From Chitinophagales bacterium (lineage in GTDB: Bacteria > Bacteroidota > Bacteroidia > Chitinophagales > Chitinophagaceae): a stretch of 64,000 bases of DNA. Within the stretch, counting starts at the first letter, position 1; each line of letters opens with the position of its first letter. Positions 48,267-57,712 of this stretch are shown here, piece after piece. The stretch covers positions 1,798 to 65,797 of the forward strand of contig JAATFP010000109.1 of the NCBI GenBank assembly GCA_015655125.1, in the 5' to 3' direction. The translations under genes and the position numbers were made by a program. Below the pieces are notes generated by a model. The model did no database searches, was not told the origin of the DNA, and worked only from the letters and a program-made list of their open reading frames with translations.

Positions 48267-50846
48267 TTATTGTTTCATGATCTTTTGTGTAAGCACATTT
48301 CCTGCCTGGATCATCTTCAAGACATATACCCCTTTTGAAAGATTCTGCATATTGATCGTTATATTATTGCTGCTGTTCGTATTTCTGTGATTCGTTGTGC
48401 TGATAACGCGGCCGGAAATATCCGTAAGTATAACAATGTAATCAGATTTATTCAGGCCGTTCAGGTAAACGCCAAGATCGTTTACTACAGGGTTCGGACT
48501 TAATACCATCGAGAGTTTTCCGTCTTCATTCAACCTGCCTTTTTTGATATCGGAAAACGAAGAGCGATCGTTGATATCCAACTGGCGAAGGCGATAGAAA
48601 TATTCAACACCCTTGCGAATATTATGATCACTAAAAATGTAGGTGCTGCGCGAACTGCTGTTTCCAGCGCCATCTACAAATCCGATCTTTACAAAATTGC
48701 TGGATGCACCTTCGCTACGCAATACTTCAAACCCCTTATTGTTTTGCTCCTGCGCAGTTGCCCATGTAAGCTGAAGCGACTCATTGGCCGGAGTTACGAC
48801 AAAGTCGATCAACGACACCGGCAATGGCGTTGTAATGGTAAGATCAACATCGGAAATATCAAAAAATACATTTCCATTTGCCTTCACCATAAATCTTACT
48901 GTTGTAGAATTGATGGAAGGCACAATGATATTCTGGCTACCATCATTCGGCGTGTTTGCCAAAACGACCGTGTTAAAATTCAAGCCGCCATCCGTACTCA
49001 TGATGATATCTACATTCTGGCAGTTAATGCCGGAAACACTGTTGGTATTTGCTACATCCCAGGTAATGGTTTTTGTATCGCCTCCTGTCCACACCAGAGC
49101 GGTATTGGGACTCGTTACCAAAAACGGACCATCATTAGTAACAGTTACGCTGAAAGTACCTGTACTGCTGCATCCGTCACCGCCGGTTGCCACACCACCG
49201 CCCCCCGGTTGGTTGTCACGTACCGTGAGCCTGAATTTCATCGTTCTTGCAACTGATGGTAAAGTTTCTCCTTTCAATCCGCCCATGCTTGAAGTTGGCG
49301 CTGCCGGATACCCAGCAAGGATCACAGGCAATGCAGGAAAATAACGCCTGCCTACCGTCAGCGGGATCCTTGATTTGAACAACGGAGCAGTTGTGCTTGT
49401 TGCACCGCCGTTCCACGTAGTGCCACCAGAGCCTGCGCTCAGGTCCCATTCTTCCCAATTATAAGTGATGGCATCTCCATCGGGATCAAAACCGTTTCCT
49501 GTTAATACAAAAGGAGTCAATTTCGGTATCTTCTGATTATTAGTGGGCATGATTACTGATGGCGCAAAGTTGCCGGTCTCTGATACAACGGGACAACTGT
49601 TACCCAATCCTGTTGTAGTGTAGGTTATGATCTCATCAAAACTAACAGTATGAAAGAACGGGTCGCTGTGTGGTTGCGTATTATCAGTTCCGCAAATTCC
49701 GGCATATGCCATAATGGTTGTTCCGCTACCTACCTCGTAAGCGGTTGCATCGTTCCTGTTTCCGCCACCACAATTATTCGTTTCACTTTCGAAAGTATGG
49801 TTGCCCCCAAACTGGTGTCCCATTTCGTGTGCTACATAATCGATGTCATAATTATCGCCTACAGGGTTTGTCAAACCGGTAACACCGCGCGCCTTTTGTG
49901 CAGTGCGGCAAACCACTCCGAGGCCTGCAATTCCGCCCCCGCCTGTACTGAATACGTGGCCGATATCATAATTGGCGCTACCGATGATATTGGTAATAGT
50001 TGTTTGATTTTGCCCAAGCATCGTCGAACCATTATTGTTGGTATATGGATCGGTAGTACCGTCTAAATATATCAGCAGGTTATTGTTGGCCACCAGCACC
50101 ATGCGAATGCCAAGTTCTGTTTCATACACGCCCACGACCCTGTTTACCGACGTTGCCATTGCACTTGCCGTGGCCTCCAATGTTGGTGCGTTGGGCGCAC
50201 ACACAGCAGTGGCATATTCACCGGTACAGGCAAGTGCCAGGCGATATGTTTTTAGCTGGGTGCCAATACAAGTCCCGGCGGCTACAAGATCCTGGGTAAA
50301 AACCTCGGCTACTTTGCAGACAAAATTATCAGCTTTTACAACATCAATATTATCACGTGAATAGTAGCTCACATACAGTTGCGTGTTTGTGCGTTCGTAA
50401 GGATCGATGAAAACATTTCCTTCCGGACTTCTTACAAATGCATGGAACCCCTGGTAAGTATAATCCAGGCGGATCGTTGCGTATGGATCATCAATTCCTT
50501 TACCTACAAAGCTTTTAATGCCCGGAAATTTTATAGCAAGTTCATCTTCCATCAGCTTTGTTTCCTGTATCCTGAATTTCCGAAGGCTGTTATCAGGATA
50601 CGGAATACTTACAATGAGACCGCTGTTTCTATCTGCAGAAAATTCTTTTGGCGCCGAATCAAGAAAAACTCTGGCATCTGTAAAGCTGAGCGTAAGCGTT
50701 TTATAATTGTTTGGTTTTACCCAACGACCGGTATTTAATTTTACAGCGGACGCTTCATTTACAAATGACCAACGCAGATCCTGGGATTGGACCGTAAAAC
50801 AAAAAACAAAAAATACGTAAATGAAAGAGGATAAATACTTGAACAT
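48267..50846 (-). CDS. Reprolysin-like (M12B) zinc metalloprotease with T9SS type A CTD
   Basis: YRLALACTGEY, HEMGHQFGGNH, GTTIMAYAGIC, TPLPVSLIDF, C-terminal LSPNP...DISGR...GVYVLK. Start moved to ATG 50846. Confidence 0.9.
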   Translation of the reverse strand: MFKYLSSFIYVFFVFCFTVQSQDLRWSFVNEASAVKLNTGRWVKPNNYKTLTLSFTDARVFLDSAPKEFSADRNSGLIVSIPYPDNSLRKFRIQETKLMEDELAIKFPGIKSFVGKGIDDPYATIRLDYTYQGFHAFVRSPEGNVFIDPYERTNTQLYVSYYSRDNIDVVKADNFVCKVAEVFTQDLVAAGTCIGTQLKTYRLALACTGEYATAVCAPNAPTLEATASAMATSVNRVVGVYETELGIRMVLVANNNLLIYLDGTTDPYTNNNGSTMLGQNQTTITNIIGSANYDIGHVFSTGGGGIAGLGVVCRTAQKARGVTGLTNPVGDNYDIDYVAHEMGHQFGGNHTFESETNNCGGGNRNDATAYEVGSGTTIMAYAGICGTDNTQPHSDPFFHTVSFDEIITYTTTGLGNSCPVVSETGNFAPSVIMPTNNQKIPKLTPFVLTGNGFDPDGDAITYNWEEWDLSAGSGGTTWNGGATSTTAPLFKSRIPLTVGRRYFPALPVILAGYPAAPTSSMGGLKGETLPSVARTMKFRLTVRDNQPGGGGVATGGDGCSSTGTFSVTVTNDGPFLVTSPNTALVWTGGDTKTITWDVANTNSVSGINCQNVDIIMSTDGGLNFNTVVLANTPNDGSQNIIVPSINSTTVRFMVKANGNVFFDISDVDLTITTPLPVSLIDFVVTPANESLQLTWATAQEQNNKGFEVLRSEGASSNFVKIGFVDGAGNSSSRSTYIFSDHNIRKGVEYFYRLRQLDINDRSSFSDIKKGRLNEDGKLSMVLSPNPVVNDLGVYLNGLNKSDYIVILTDISGRVISTTNHRNTNSSNNITINMQNLSKGVYVLKMIQAGNVLTQKIMKQ

Positions 50847-50893
50847 GGGTTGGTAATTTTCCTTTAAATATATAAATAAAAACGCAGATAATA

Positions 50894-51706
50894 TCATTTC
50901 AGCAGACTGTCGATGGCGCGATAGTATTGCTGGTGCTTGTTTAGAGAGTTGTGGCCGGTACCCGGAATTGTGAGAAAGCGATCTCCGGGTTTAAGGAACT
51001 TTTTCAACTTCGATGCGCAGCGATAGGGAATTACCCAATCATCTGCCGCAGCAAAAATCATCACCGGAACATGAATGTCCGGCAGATATTCTTTAGCCGG
51101 AATCTTATAAGTAATCATCCTGTTTACAGGATACATAAATGCGTAACATCCAAAAATATCCGGAATGCTTGAATACGGCGTTTCCAGAATGAGCAACTTA
51201 TTGCGGCTCCCAACGCTTGCATATGCAGCAATTCCGGAACCCAGCGACTTACCGTAGATGATAATGCTATCGCTGTGATAACGCGTCATGGCAAGCTTTT
51301 GTACCTGCATTGCCTGCGCATACAATTTTTCTTCTGTAAGTTTTCCGGTACTTTTTCCGAAGCCGGGATAATCGGGCATCCATACTTCGTAGCCATTTTT
51401 GGTAAATACATCTGCAAACGGTGCATATCGTTCCAGATTTTCTTTGTTGCCATGAAAGTAGATCACTACACCGCGCGGCTGTCTGGTACCCGGAAGAAAC
51501 TTCACCATATTCATTGTATCTTCTTTATTGAGAGGAACATCTACTTCTTCAAAAGGAACGTTGAATTTAAAAATGTGGGATCGGGCCAGCGGTTCCGGAT
51601 GAAACAATATCTTGTCCTGGAGATAATAAATTGCGATACCGATGCCACAATAGACAATGATGAAAACCTTCAGCCACCGGAATATTTTTCTTTTGTTGAT
51701 TGCCAT
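50894..51706 (-). CDS. Alpha/beta hydrolase, ABHD13/BEM46-like
   Basis: N-terminal TM, YFHGN, DYPGFGKSTG, GKSLGS nucleophile, GHN. Confidence 0.88.
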   Translation of the reverse strand: MAINKRKIFRWLKVFIIVYCGIGIAIYYLQDKILFHPEPLARSHIFKFNVPFEEVDVPLNKEDTMNMVKFLPGTRQPRGVVIYFHGNKENLERYAPFADVFTKNGYEVWMPDYPGFGKSTGKLTEEKLYAQAMQVQKLAMTRYHSDSIIIYGKSLGSGIAAYASVGSRNKLLILETPYSSIPDIFGCYAFMYPVNRMITYKIPAKEYLPDIHVPVMIFAAADDWVIPYRCASKLKKFLKPGDRFLTIPGTGHNSLNKHQQYYRAIDSLLK

Positions 51707-51717
51707 GTTTTATTTTC

Positions 51718-52506
51718 TTATGCCTGCAAAATATCCCTGATGATGTTGTGATATTCATTGAACATCGGCAGGTTGTTGTGTCCGCCCCCTTTTATCCTGA
51801 TGAGTGTGATACGCTTCGGATTAAGCGCCTGCAATTTTTCACTGTTGCTGATCGGGATCAACCAATCTTTGGTGCCATGAATGATATATGTATGACACAA
51901 AACTTCCGTGATCCATATATCTGTCCTCAATTGAAAACGCAACAATAATCGTAGTGGCAAGATCGGCAAAAACCGTTCCACTACTTTTTTAAAACTAAAA
52001 TAAGGCGCATCTAAAATCAGGTAACGGGGTTTATTATCGCTCGCAACTTTCGCTGCAAATCCGCTCCCAAGGCTTCTTCCGTAAACAATTAAATGTTGTT
52101 CGCTATATTGCCCTGCCAATGTTCGGTATACAAACTGCATATCATTCAGCATATCTTTTTCGGTACGCTTTCCGGTACTTTTTCCGAAGCCGCGGTAATC
52201 CACTAATACTACATCATATTTGTATCGAAAAAAATCTTTCGCATATTTTGCCCAACCTTTTATACTTCTGCTGTTGCCGTGAAAATAAAGAATCAGTCCC
52301 AGAGGTTGCTCCACCATAAAATGCAATCCGTTGATACGCACCCCAGGCTCCACATCAAAAAAAAGCTCCCTGAAAGGTGCATCATATTTGTATTGAAAAT
52401 CCTGTTGTAATTTTTCAGGCTTGAAGATAAAACGCTCCTGCACGAAATATACCACAGCGATCAATAATGCGTAGCCGATGATAATATAAAGTAAGGTTGG
52501 ACTCAA
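51718..52506 (-). CDS. Alpha/beta hydrolase, ABHD13/BEM46-like (tandem paralogue)
   Basis: YFHGN, DYRGFGKSTG, GRSLGS, HGTKD, GHN. Start moved to TTG 52506, downstream of a TATCTTCG -7 box at 52523-52530. Confidence 0.85.
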   Translation of the reverse strand: MSPTLLYIIIGYALLIAVVYFVQERFIFKPEKLQQDFQYKYDAPFRELFFDVEPGVRINGLHFMVEQPLGLILYFHGNSRSIKGWAKYAKDFFRYKYDVVLVDYRGFGKSTGKRTEKDMLNDMQFVYRTLAGQYSEQHLIVYGRSLGSGFAAKVASDNKPRYLILDAPYFSFKKVVERFLPILPLRLLLRFQLRTDIWITEVLCHTYIIHGTKDWLIPISNSEKLQALNPKRITLIRIKGGGHNNLPMFNEYHNIIRDILQA

Positions 52507-52556
52507 TAACGGAGTATTTTTCCGAAGATAGTTAAACCTGCAAGGTTTTACAAACC

Positions 52557-52859
52557 TTACAGGTTTACGTACAGTTTCCACGCACTCATGCCGCCGGAAA
52601 GATTGATAAGATTCGTGTAGCCAAAACGTTCTGAAAGCCGCTGTATTGCCAGCATGCTGCGGATACCCTTTTCACAATATAATATGACTGGTTTATTTTT
52701 GCCGATCAATCCGAGATGATCGAAGATAGAATTCATCGGAATAGAAATACCGCCGATATTGAATAGTTCGTGCTCACATGGCTCGCGAACATCGATCAAA
52801 AGAATGTCTTCGTGCGCAGATAATTTTTTATGCAGCGATGCCGCATCGATTGAATTCAT
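52557..52859 (-). CDS. Single-domain rhodanese
   Basis: LIDVREP, YCEKGIRS active-site loop, NLSGGMSAW. Confidence 0.88.
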   Translation of the reverse strand: MNSIDAASLHKKLSAHEDILLIDVREPCEHELFNIGGISIPMNSIFDHLGLIGKNKPVILYCEKGIRSMLAIQRLSERFGYTNLINLSGGMSAWKLYVNL

Positions 52860-52864
52860 CGGGA

Positions 52865-54877
52865 TCAGTATTTATAATCAGCTGCATCGGGTTCTTCTTC
52901 ATCATGATCATAGATGCGTGTCATTTTCAATTTACTTACAGGTGCCACAACAAGCGGGAATTTTTCTATCGCAACATTACTTTGTTCCAAACCAAATCCT
53001 TTTTCTTCGCTTACGCTTAATTCTTTCAGCCAGAAATAAATTTTCATGATCAGATGTTCGAAGAAAGGCAGTTCATTGTCCTGGCTAAGGAACTTTTCCA
53101 TCACGATAAACTGGAAGTCGCCACGCATGTTGTTGCGCTGCTGACTTTCATAACGGCTCATGATATTCACTTCGCGGTTTGCCACAAGATCTTCCACCAC
53201 TTTTTTGAACATGAGATTCAGTCGCGGCGCAATTCTGAAGCCCAGCCTGAATTCCACACGAATGATATCGTTTGGAATGATATGTTCCACGGAATATTCG
53301 CTTGTGTACGGATCATCCAAAGTATCCACATGTACGAACCAATAGATGTCCGCACGTTTGGGCTTGCCGCTTAAGATACTGTAGATGATCTTGTGTTCAA
53401 TTTCCTTCGGATTGTTGGCACTTGTTAAATAAACAAGATGCGTTGCATATTTAGGAACGGTAGTATCGTTGCTCAGTTCTTCCAGCTTCGGCACGTATTC
53501 TTCCACGCGGATAAATTCTACGTACCTGTTTTTGATCTTTCTTGCCCGATACCAAACGTACATCACGATAAACATGACGAAGCCGATGATCAGTGTGATA
53601 TACCCCCCATGTTTGAATTTATCCATTAATGCGATCAGGAACGCTCCTTCCACAACAAAATAAAGAATGAGGAAAATATAAATGAGCGCAGGACGAACGC
53701 GGTGTAATACAAGATAATTTGCGAACAAAATAGTGGTCATTACCATCGTGGTGATGATTGCCAGGCCATAAGCAGCCTCCATTCTGGATGATTCCCTGAA
53801 ATAGAGCACCACGCCTACGCAACCGAAAAACAGCATTGTGTTGATACCGGGAATATAAATTTGCCCCTTCGCTTCTGAAGGATAATTGATTTTCATTTTG
53901 GGCCAGAGGTTCAAACGGATGGCTTCGTTGATCAAAGAAAATGAACCCGTCACCATCGCCTGGCTGGCTATGATGGCCGCAGTGGTGGCAATGATGACCC
54001 CGGGAACGATGAACCATTCCGGCATCATATCATAAAATGCATTGATGCCACCCGCTTCTATAGCTGCGGCAGTCATGAGTTTTCCTGATTGGGTGTGAAG
54101 CAAACTCGCACCTTGTCCGAAATAATTTAGCAGCAAACAAATTTTTACAAACACCCACGACGTCCGGATATTGCCCCTGCCGCAATGCCCCAAATCGCTG
54201 TAAAGGGCTTCCGCGCCTGTGGTACAGAGAAATACGGCGCCAAGCAACCAGAACCCTTCTTTATAATTTACCAGGAAATGAATGGCATGATATGGATTAA
54301 ATGCCTGCAGTATTTTAAAATCATCGGAAATATGCACAAGTCCCAGCACGGCCAACATCAGGAACCATAGCGTCATCACGGGTCCAAACAAACGGCCAAT
54401 TCCATGGGTGCCAAATTGTTGTGAGAAAAAGAAAAGCGTGAGAATTCCTAATACGATATAAATAACGGTTTCCGTACCGATACTGTGAAATTGCGGAAGT
54501 TCTTTTAATCCTTCAATTGCCGATGTAATGGTTACGGGCGGAGTGATGATACCATCTGCGAGTAAGGCGGCGCCGCCGATCATAGCCGGGATCACCAGCC
54601 ACTTGCGCCGGCGACGAACCAATGCGAACAATGCAAAGATGCCACCTTCGCCGCGGTTGTCCGCACGAAGAACAAGTGTTACGTATTTTATGGTAGTTTG
54701 TAAAGTCAGTGTCCAGATGATGAGTGAAAGCGTTCCGAAGATGAGTTCTTCATTAACGACCCTGCCTTTTATAATGGAGTTAAAAACGTATAAAGGAGAA
54801 GTACCGATATCGCCGTAGATGATCCCTAATGCAACCAGCAAACCTACTGCAGTTACTTTATTAATGTGTTTTCCCAC
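52865..54877 (-). CDS. kup: KUP/HAK/KT potassium transporter
   Basis: GIIYGDIGTSPLY, ADNRGEGG, DGIITPPVT, GAEALYSDLGH, AYGLA. Start moved to GTG 54877; -7 box TACATTTG at 54923-54930. Confidence 0.96.
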   Translation of the reverse strand: MGKHINKVTAVGLLVALGIIYGDIGTSPLYVFNSIIKGRVVNEELIFGTLSLIIWTLTLQTTIKYVTLVLRADNRGEGGIFALFALVRRRRKWLVIPAMIGGAALLADGIITPPVTITSAIEGLKELPQFHSIGTETVIYIVLGILTLFFFSQQFGTHGIGRLFGPVMTLWFLMLAVLGLVHISDDFKILQAFNPYHAIHFLVNYKEGFWLLGAVFLCTTGAEALYSDLGHCGRGNIRTSWVFVKICLLLNYFGQGASLLHTQSGKLMTAAAIEAGGINAFYDMMPEWFIVPGVIIATTAAIIASQAMVTGSFSLINEAIRLNLWPKMKINYPSEAKGQIYIPGINTMLFFGCVGVVLYFRESSRMEAAYGLAIITTMVMTTILFANYLVLHRVRPALIYIFLILYFVVEGAFLIALMDKFKHGGYITLIIGFVMFIVMYVWYRARKIKNRYVEFIRVEEYVPKLEELSNDTTVPKYATHLVYLTSANNPKEIEHKIIYSILSGKPKRADIYWFVHVDTLDDPYTSEYSVEHIIPNDIIRVEFRLGFRIAPRLNLMFKKVVEDLVANREVNIMSRYESQQRNNMRGDFQFIVMEKFLSQDNELPFFEHLIMKIYFWLKELSVSEEKGFGLEQSNVAIEKFPLVVAPVSKLKMTRIYDHDEEEPDAADYKY

Positions 54878-54959
54878 GAAAAAATATTTTCTGTAATTGC
54901 CTTGATTTGTGTAAAGGCTACACAAATGTAAATTGAAAATTAATACAGGAAGGAAGTAT

Positions 54960-55026
54960 TTTGGGTTGTCAACCTATCCGGTTGACCTCCCAACCGGTTG
55001 TCAACCGGATAGGTTGACAACCCAAA
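54960..55026. repeat. 27-bp inverted repeat built from four GGTTGWCAACC units at 16-bp period
   Basis: Arms 54960-54986 and 55000-55026; units start at 54964, 54980, 54996, 55012. Confidence 0.9.
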
Positions 55027-55123
55027 TAAATTACCGCCGCAGAACTGGTTTTACACCAATTTATATACAAACGGCGCATTTTCCTTTTTGTTTCTCAATA
55101 TATTTATACATAAAACTAATCTT

Positions 55124-57496
55124 ATGCCAAAATATTGCTTCATGTTGATGGCTTTTTTATACGCTATGAATACCTCGGCGCAGCAAAAGCTCACAGTTGA
55201 AAAGATCATGCGCGATCCAAAATGGATCGGCACTTCGCCATCGAACGCTTTTTGGGATAAAGACGGCAACACACTGTTTTTTTCATGGAACCCGGAAAAT
55301 ACCATTTCAGATTCTCTTTATTTCATCACTAAAAACAATCCGGCACCTTTAAAAGCTTCTATAAACCAGAAGCAGGAATTAATGGATGCTGACAACCTGG
55401 TTTACAACCCTGCACGAACCGCTTATGTATATGCAAAGGATGCCGACATATTTTATACGGATATGAAATCGAAGCGTACAAAACGCATTACAAAAACAAA
55501 TGACTTTGAATTCAATCCCGTTTTTAGTTTTGGCGCAACGAAAGTTGTTTATACCCGCAGTCAGAATCTATATGCATGGGACATTTCCAGTGGCGAAACG
55601 ACGCAACTTACCAATATTCGCAACGAAGTAAATGTAACGGGCGGCCGGGGAAATCGCTCTGTCATCAATACCCAGGAAGATTGGCTGAAGAACGATCAAC
55701 TGAAATATTTTGAAGTGTTGCGCTGGCGAAAAGAAAAAAGAGATGCCGCAGATGAGTATATAAAAAACACCAAACAAAAAGAATTGCGCGTCACCGCATT
55801 GGAAGACAAAAACCTGCAGGCCTTGAACATTAGTCCCGACGGTCGTTTCATCACCTATCGCTTGTCAAAGCCGGGCAATAGCAAAGCAACCATCATCCCC
55901 GACTATGTAACAGAAAATGGTTTCACAAATGATATAAACGGCCGAACAAAAGTAGGTGCCATACAAACATCTTCGGATTTTTTTGTGTACGATCGTATTG
56001 CCGATAGTGTGTATGAGGTGAAAACCGACTCCATTCCGGGTATTAAAGACATTCCCGAATTTGTAAAAGATTATCCGAAACAATTTGACGCACGGACCAA
56101 AAGCGCCGCAAAAAGAAATGTCACTTTCTTTGGTCCTTCCTGGTCGCCGGATGGAAAATATGCATTGCTTGATATCCGCGCAGAGGATAATAAAGACAGG
56201 TGGCTGATGTTGTGGGATACTGCTTCCAAACAATTGAAAACCGTCGATCGCCAGCACGATGACGCCTGGATAGCCGGCCCCGGTATAAATACCGGAAACA
56301 CCGGCTGGATAGATAACACGCATTGCTGGTTCCAATCTGAAGCAACCGGTTATTCGCATCTATATGTATATTGTGCGGTTACAAACGTTTCGCATCCGAT
56401 TACAAACGGAAAATACGAGGTGCAGTCTGCACAACTTTCTGCGGATAAAAAATATTTTTATATCGTTACCAATGAAGTTCATCCGGGAGAGCAGCAGTTG
56501 TATCGGCTATCAATTGCCGATGGCAGAAAAGAACGCATCACATCGATGACGGGTGCCAACCAGGTATATATTTCACCCGATGAAACGCAGGTAGCTATCA
56601 TTTATTCGTACTCCAACAAGCCCTGGGAACTATATTTACAGCAAAATAAACCAGGCGCCGTTGCAAAGCAGGTAACTAACAAAGCACAAAGCGATGAGTT
56701 TAAAAACTATGCCTTCAAAGAACCGGAACTGGTAACATTTACGGCAAGGGATGGTGCAACAGTCTATGCACGATTATACAAGCCTGATCGCCCGGATCCG
56801 GCAAAACCGGCTGTTCTATTTGTGCATGGTGCAGGTTATCTTCAAAATGCCCATAAATGGTGGAGCAGCTATTTCCGGGAATATATGTTCAATAACATGC
56901 TGGCGCAAAACGGGTATTATGTGATGGATGTCGACTACCGCGCAAGTTCAGGTTATGGCCGTGGGTGGCGGACCGGCATTTACAGGCACATGGGCGGAAA
57001 AGATCTTTCTGACAATGTAGATGCCGCAAATTTCCTGGTAAAAAATTACAGTGTTGATCCGAAACACATTGGCTTGTACGGCGGTTCTTATGGCGGCTTT
57101 ATTACATTAATGGCATTGTTTACCGCACCGGATGTATTCGCATCGGGTGCAGCTTTGCGCCCGGTGACGGATTGGGCAAACTATAATCACGGTTATACAT
57201 CAAATATCCTGAATGAGCCGGCAACAGATAGCCTTGCCTATAGAAGAAGCTCTCCATTTTATTTCGCAGAAGGCTTAAAAGGAAATCTGTTGATCTGCCA
57301 TGGAATGGTAGATGTAAATGTACATTTCCAGGATGCAGTAAAATTAAGTCAGCGTTTAATAGAATTAGGAAAAGACAATTGGGAACTCGCTGCCTACCCA
57401 ATGGAAGATCACGGATTTGTAGAGCCGAGCAGCTGGACAGATGAATACAAACGTATTTTTAAATTATTTGAAACCACTTTAAAAACGAAGCACTGA
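55124..57496 (+). CDS. S9 family peptidase (DPP IV / prolyl oligopeptidase-like)
   Basis: Signal peptide, propeller repeats, FVHGAGY, GGSYGG, HGMVDVNV, EDHGF. Start moved to ATG 55124. Confidence 0.93.
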   Translation: MPKYCFMLMAFLYAMNTSAQQKLTVEKIMRDPKWIGTSPSNAFWDKDGNTLFFSWNPENTISDSLYFITKNNPAPLKASINQKQELMDADNLVYNPARTAYVYAKDADIFYTDMKSKRTKRITKTNDFEFNPVFSFGATKVVYTRSQNLYAWDISSGETTQLTNIRNEVNVTGGRGNRSVINTQEDWLKNDQLKYFEVLRWRKEKRDAADEYIKNTKQKELRVTALEDKNLQALNISPDGRFITYRLSKPGNSKATIIPDYVTENGFTNDINGRTKVGAIQTSSDFFVYDRIADSVYEVKTDSIPGIKDIPEFVKDYPKQFDARTKSAAKRNVTFFGPSWSPDGKYALLDIRAEDNKDRWLMLWDTASKQLKTVDRQHDDAWIAGPGINTGNTGWIDNTHCWFQSEATGYSHLYVYCAVTNVSHPITNGKYEVQSAQLSADKKYFYIVTNEVHPGEQQLYRLSIADGRKERITSMTGANQVYISPDETQVAIIYSYSNKPWELYLQQNKPGAVAKQVTNKAQSDEFKNYAFKEPELVTFTARDGATVYARLYKPDRPDPAKPAVLFVHGAGYLQNAHKWWSSYFREYMFNNMLAQNGYYVMDVDYRASSGYGRGWRTGIYRHMGGKDLSDNVDAANFLVKNYSVDPKHIGLYGGSYGGFITLMALFTAPDVFASGAALRPVTDWANYNHGYTSNILNEPATDSLAYRRSSPFYFAEGLKGNLLICHGMVDVNVHFQDAVKLSQRLIELGKDNWELAAYPMEDHGFVEPSSWTDEYKRIFKLFETTLKTKH

Positions 57497-57524
57497 TTTA
57501 GCATCACACCGATAAATATTTTTT

Positions 57525-57702
57525 ATCGCAGATTTTTTTCTTCCGCTGCGCGAAAATTGATTAAGGGATTACGCAGATTGGCCGCTGCGCGGGTCAGCCT
57601 CCTCAAGACACATAAAATTTGCCGAAGGCAAAAATTGCGAAGCAATAAAATCTGCGTAATCCCTTAATCAATTCGCCGAAGGCGAAAACATAAATCTGCG
57701 AT
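57525..57702. repeat. Nested inverted-repeat mosaic (BIME-like) between convergent genes
   Basis: Outer 11-bp IR (57525-57535 / 57692-57702), inner perfect 25-bp IR (57555-57579 / 57649-57673), small GAAG/GAA-loop hairpins. Confidence 0.85.
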
Positions 57703-57712
57703 CAAAAATCTA

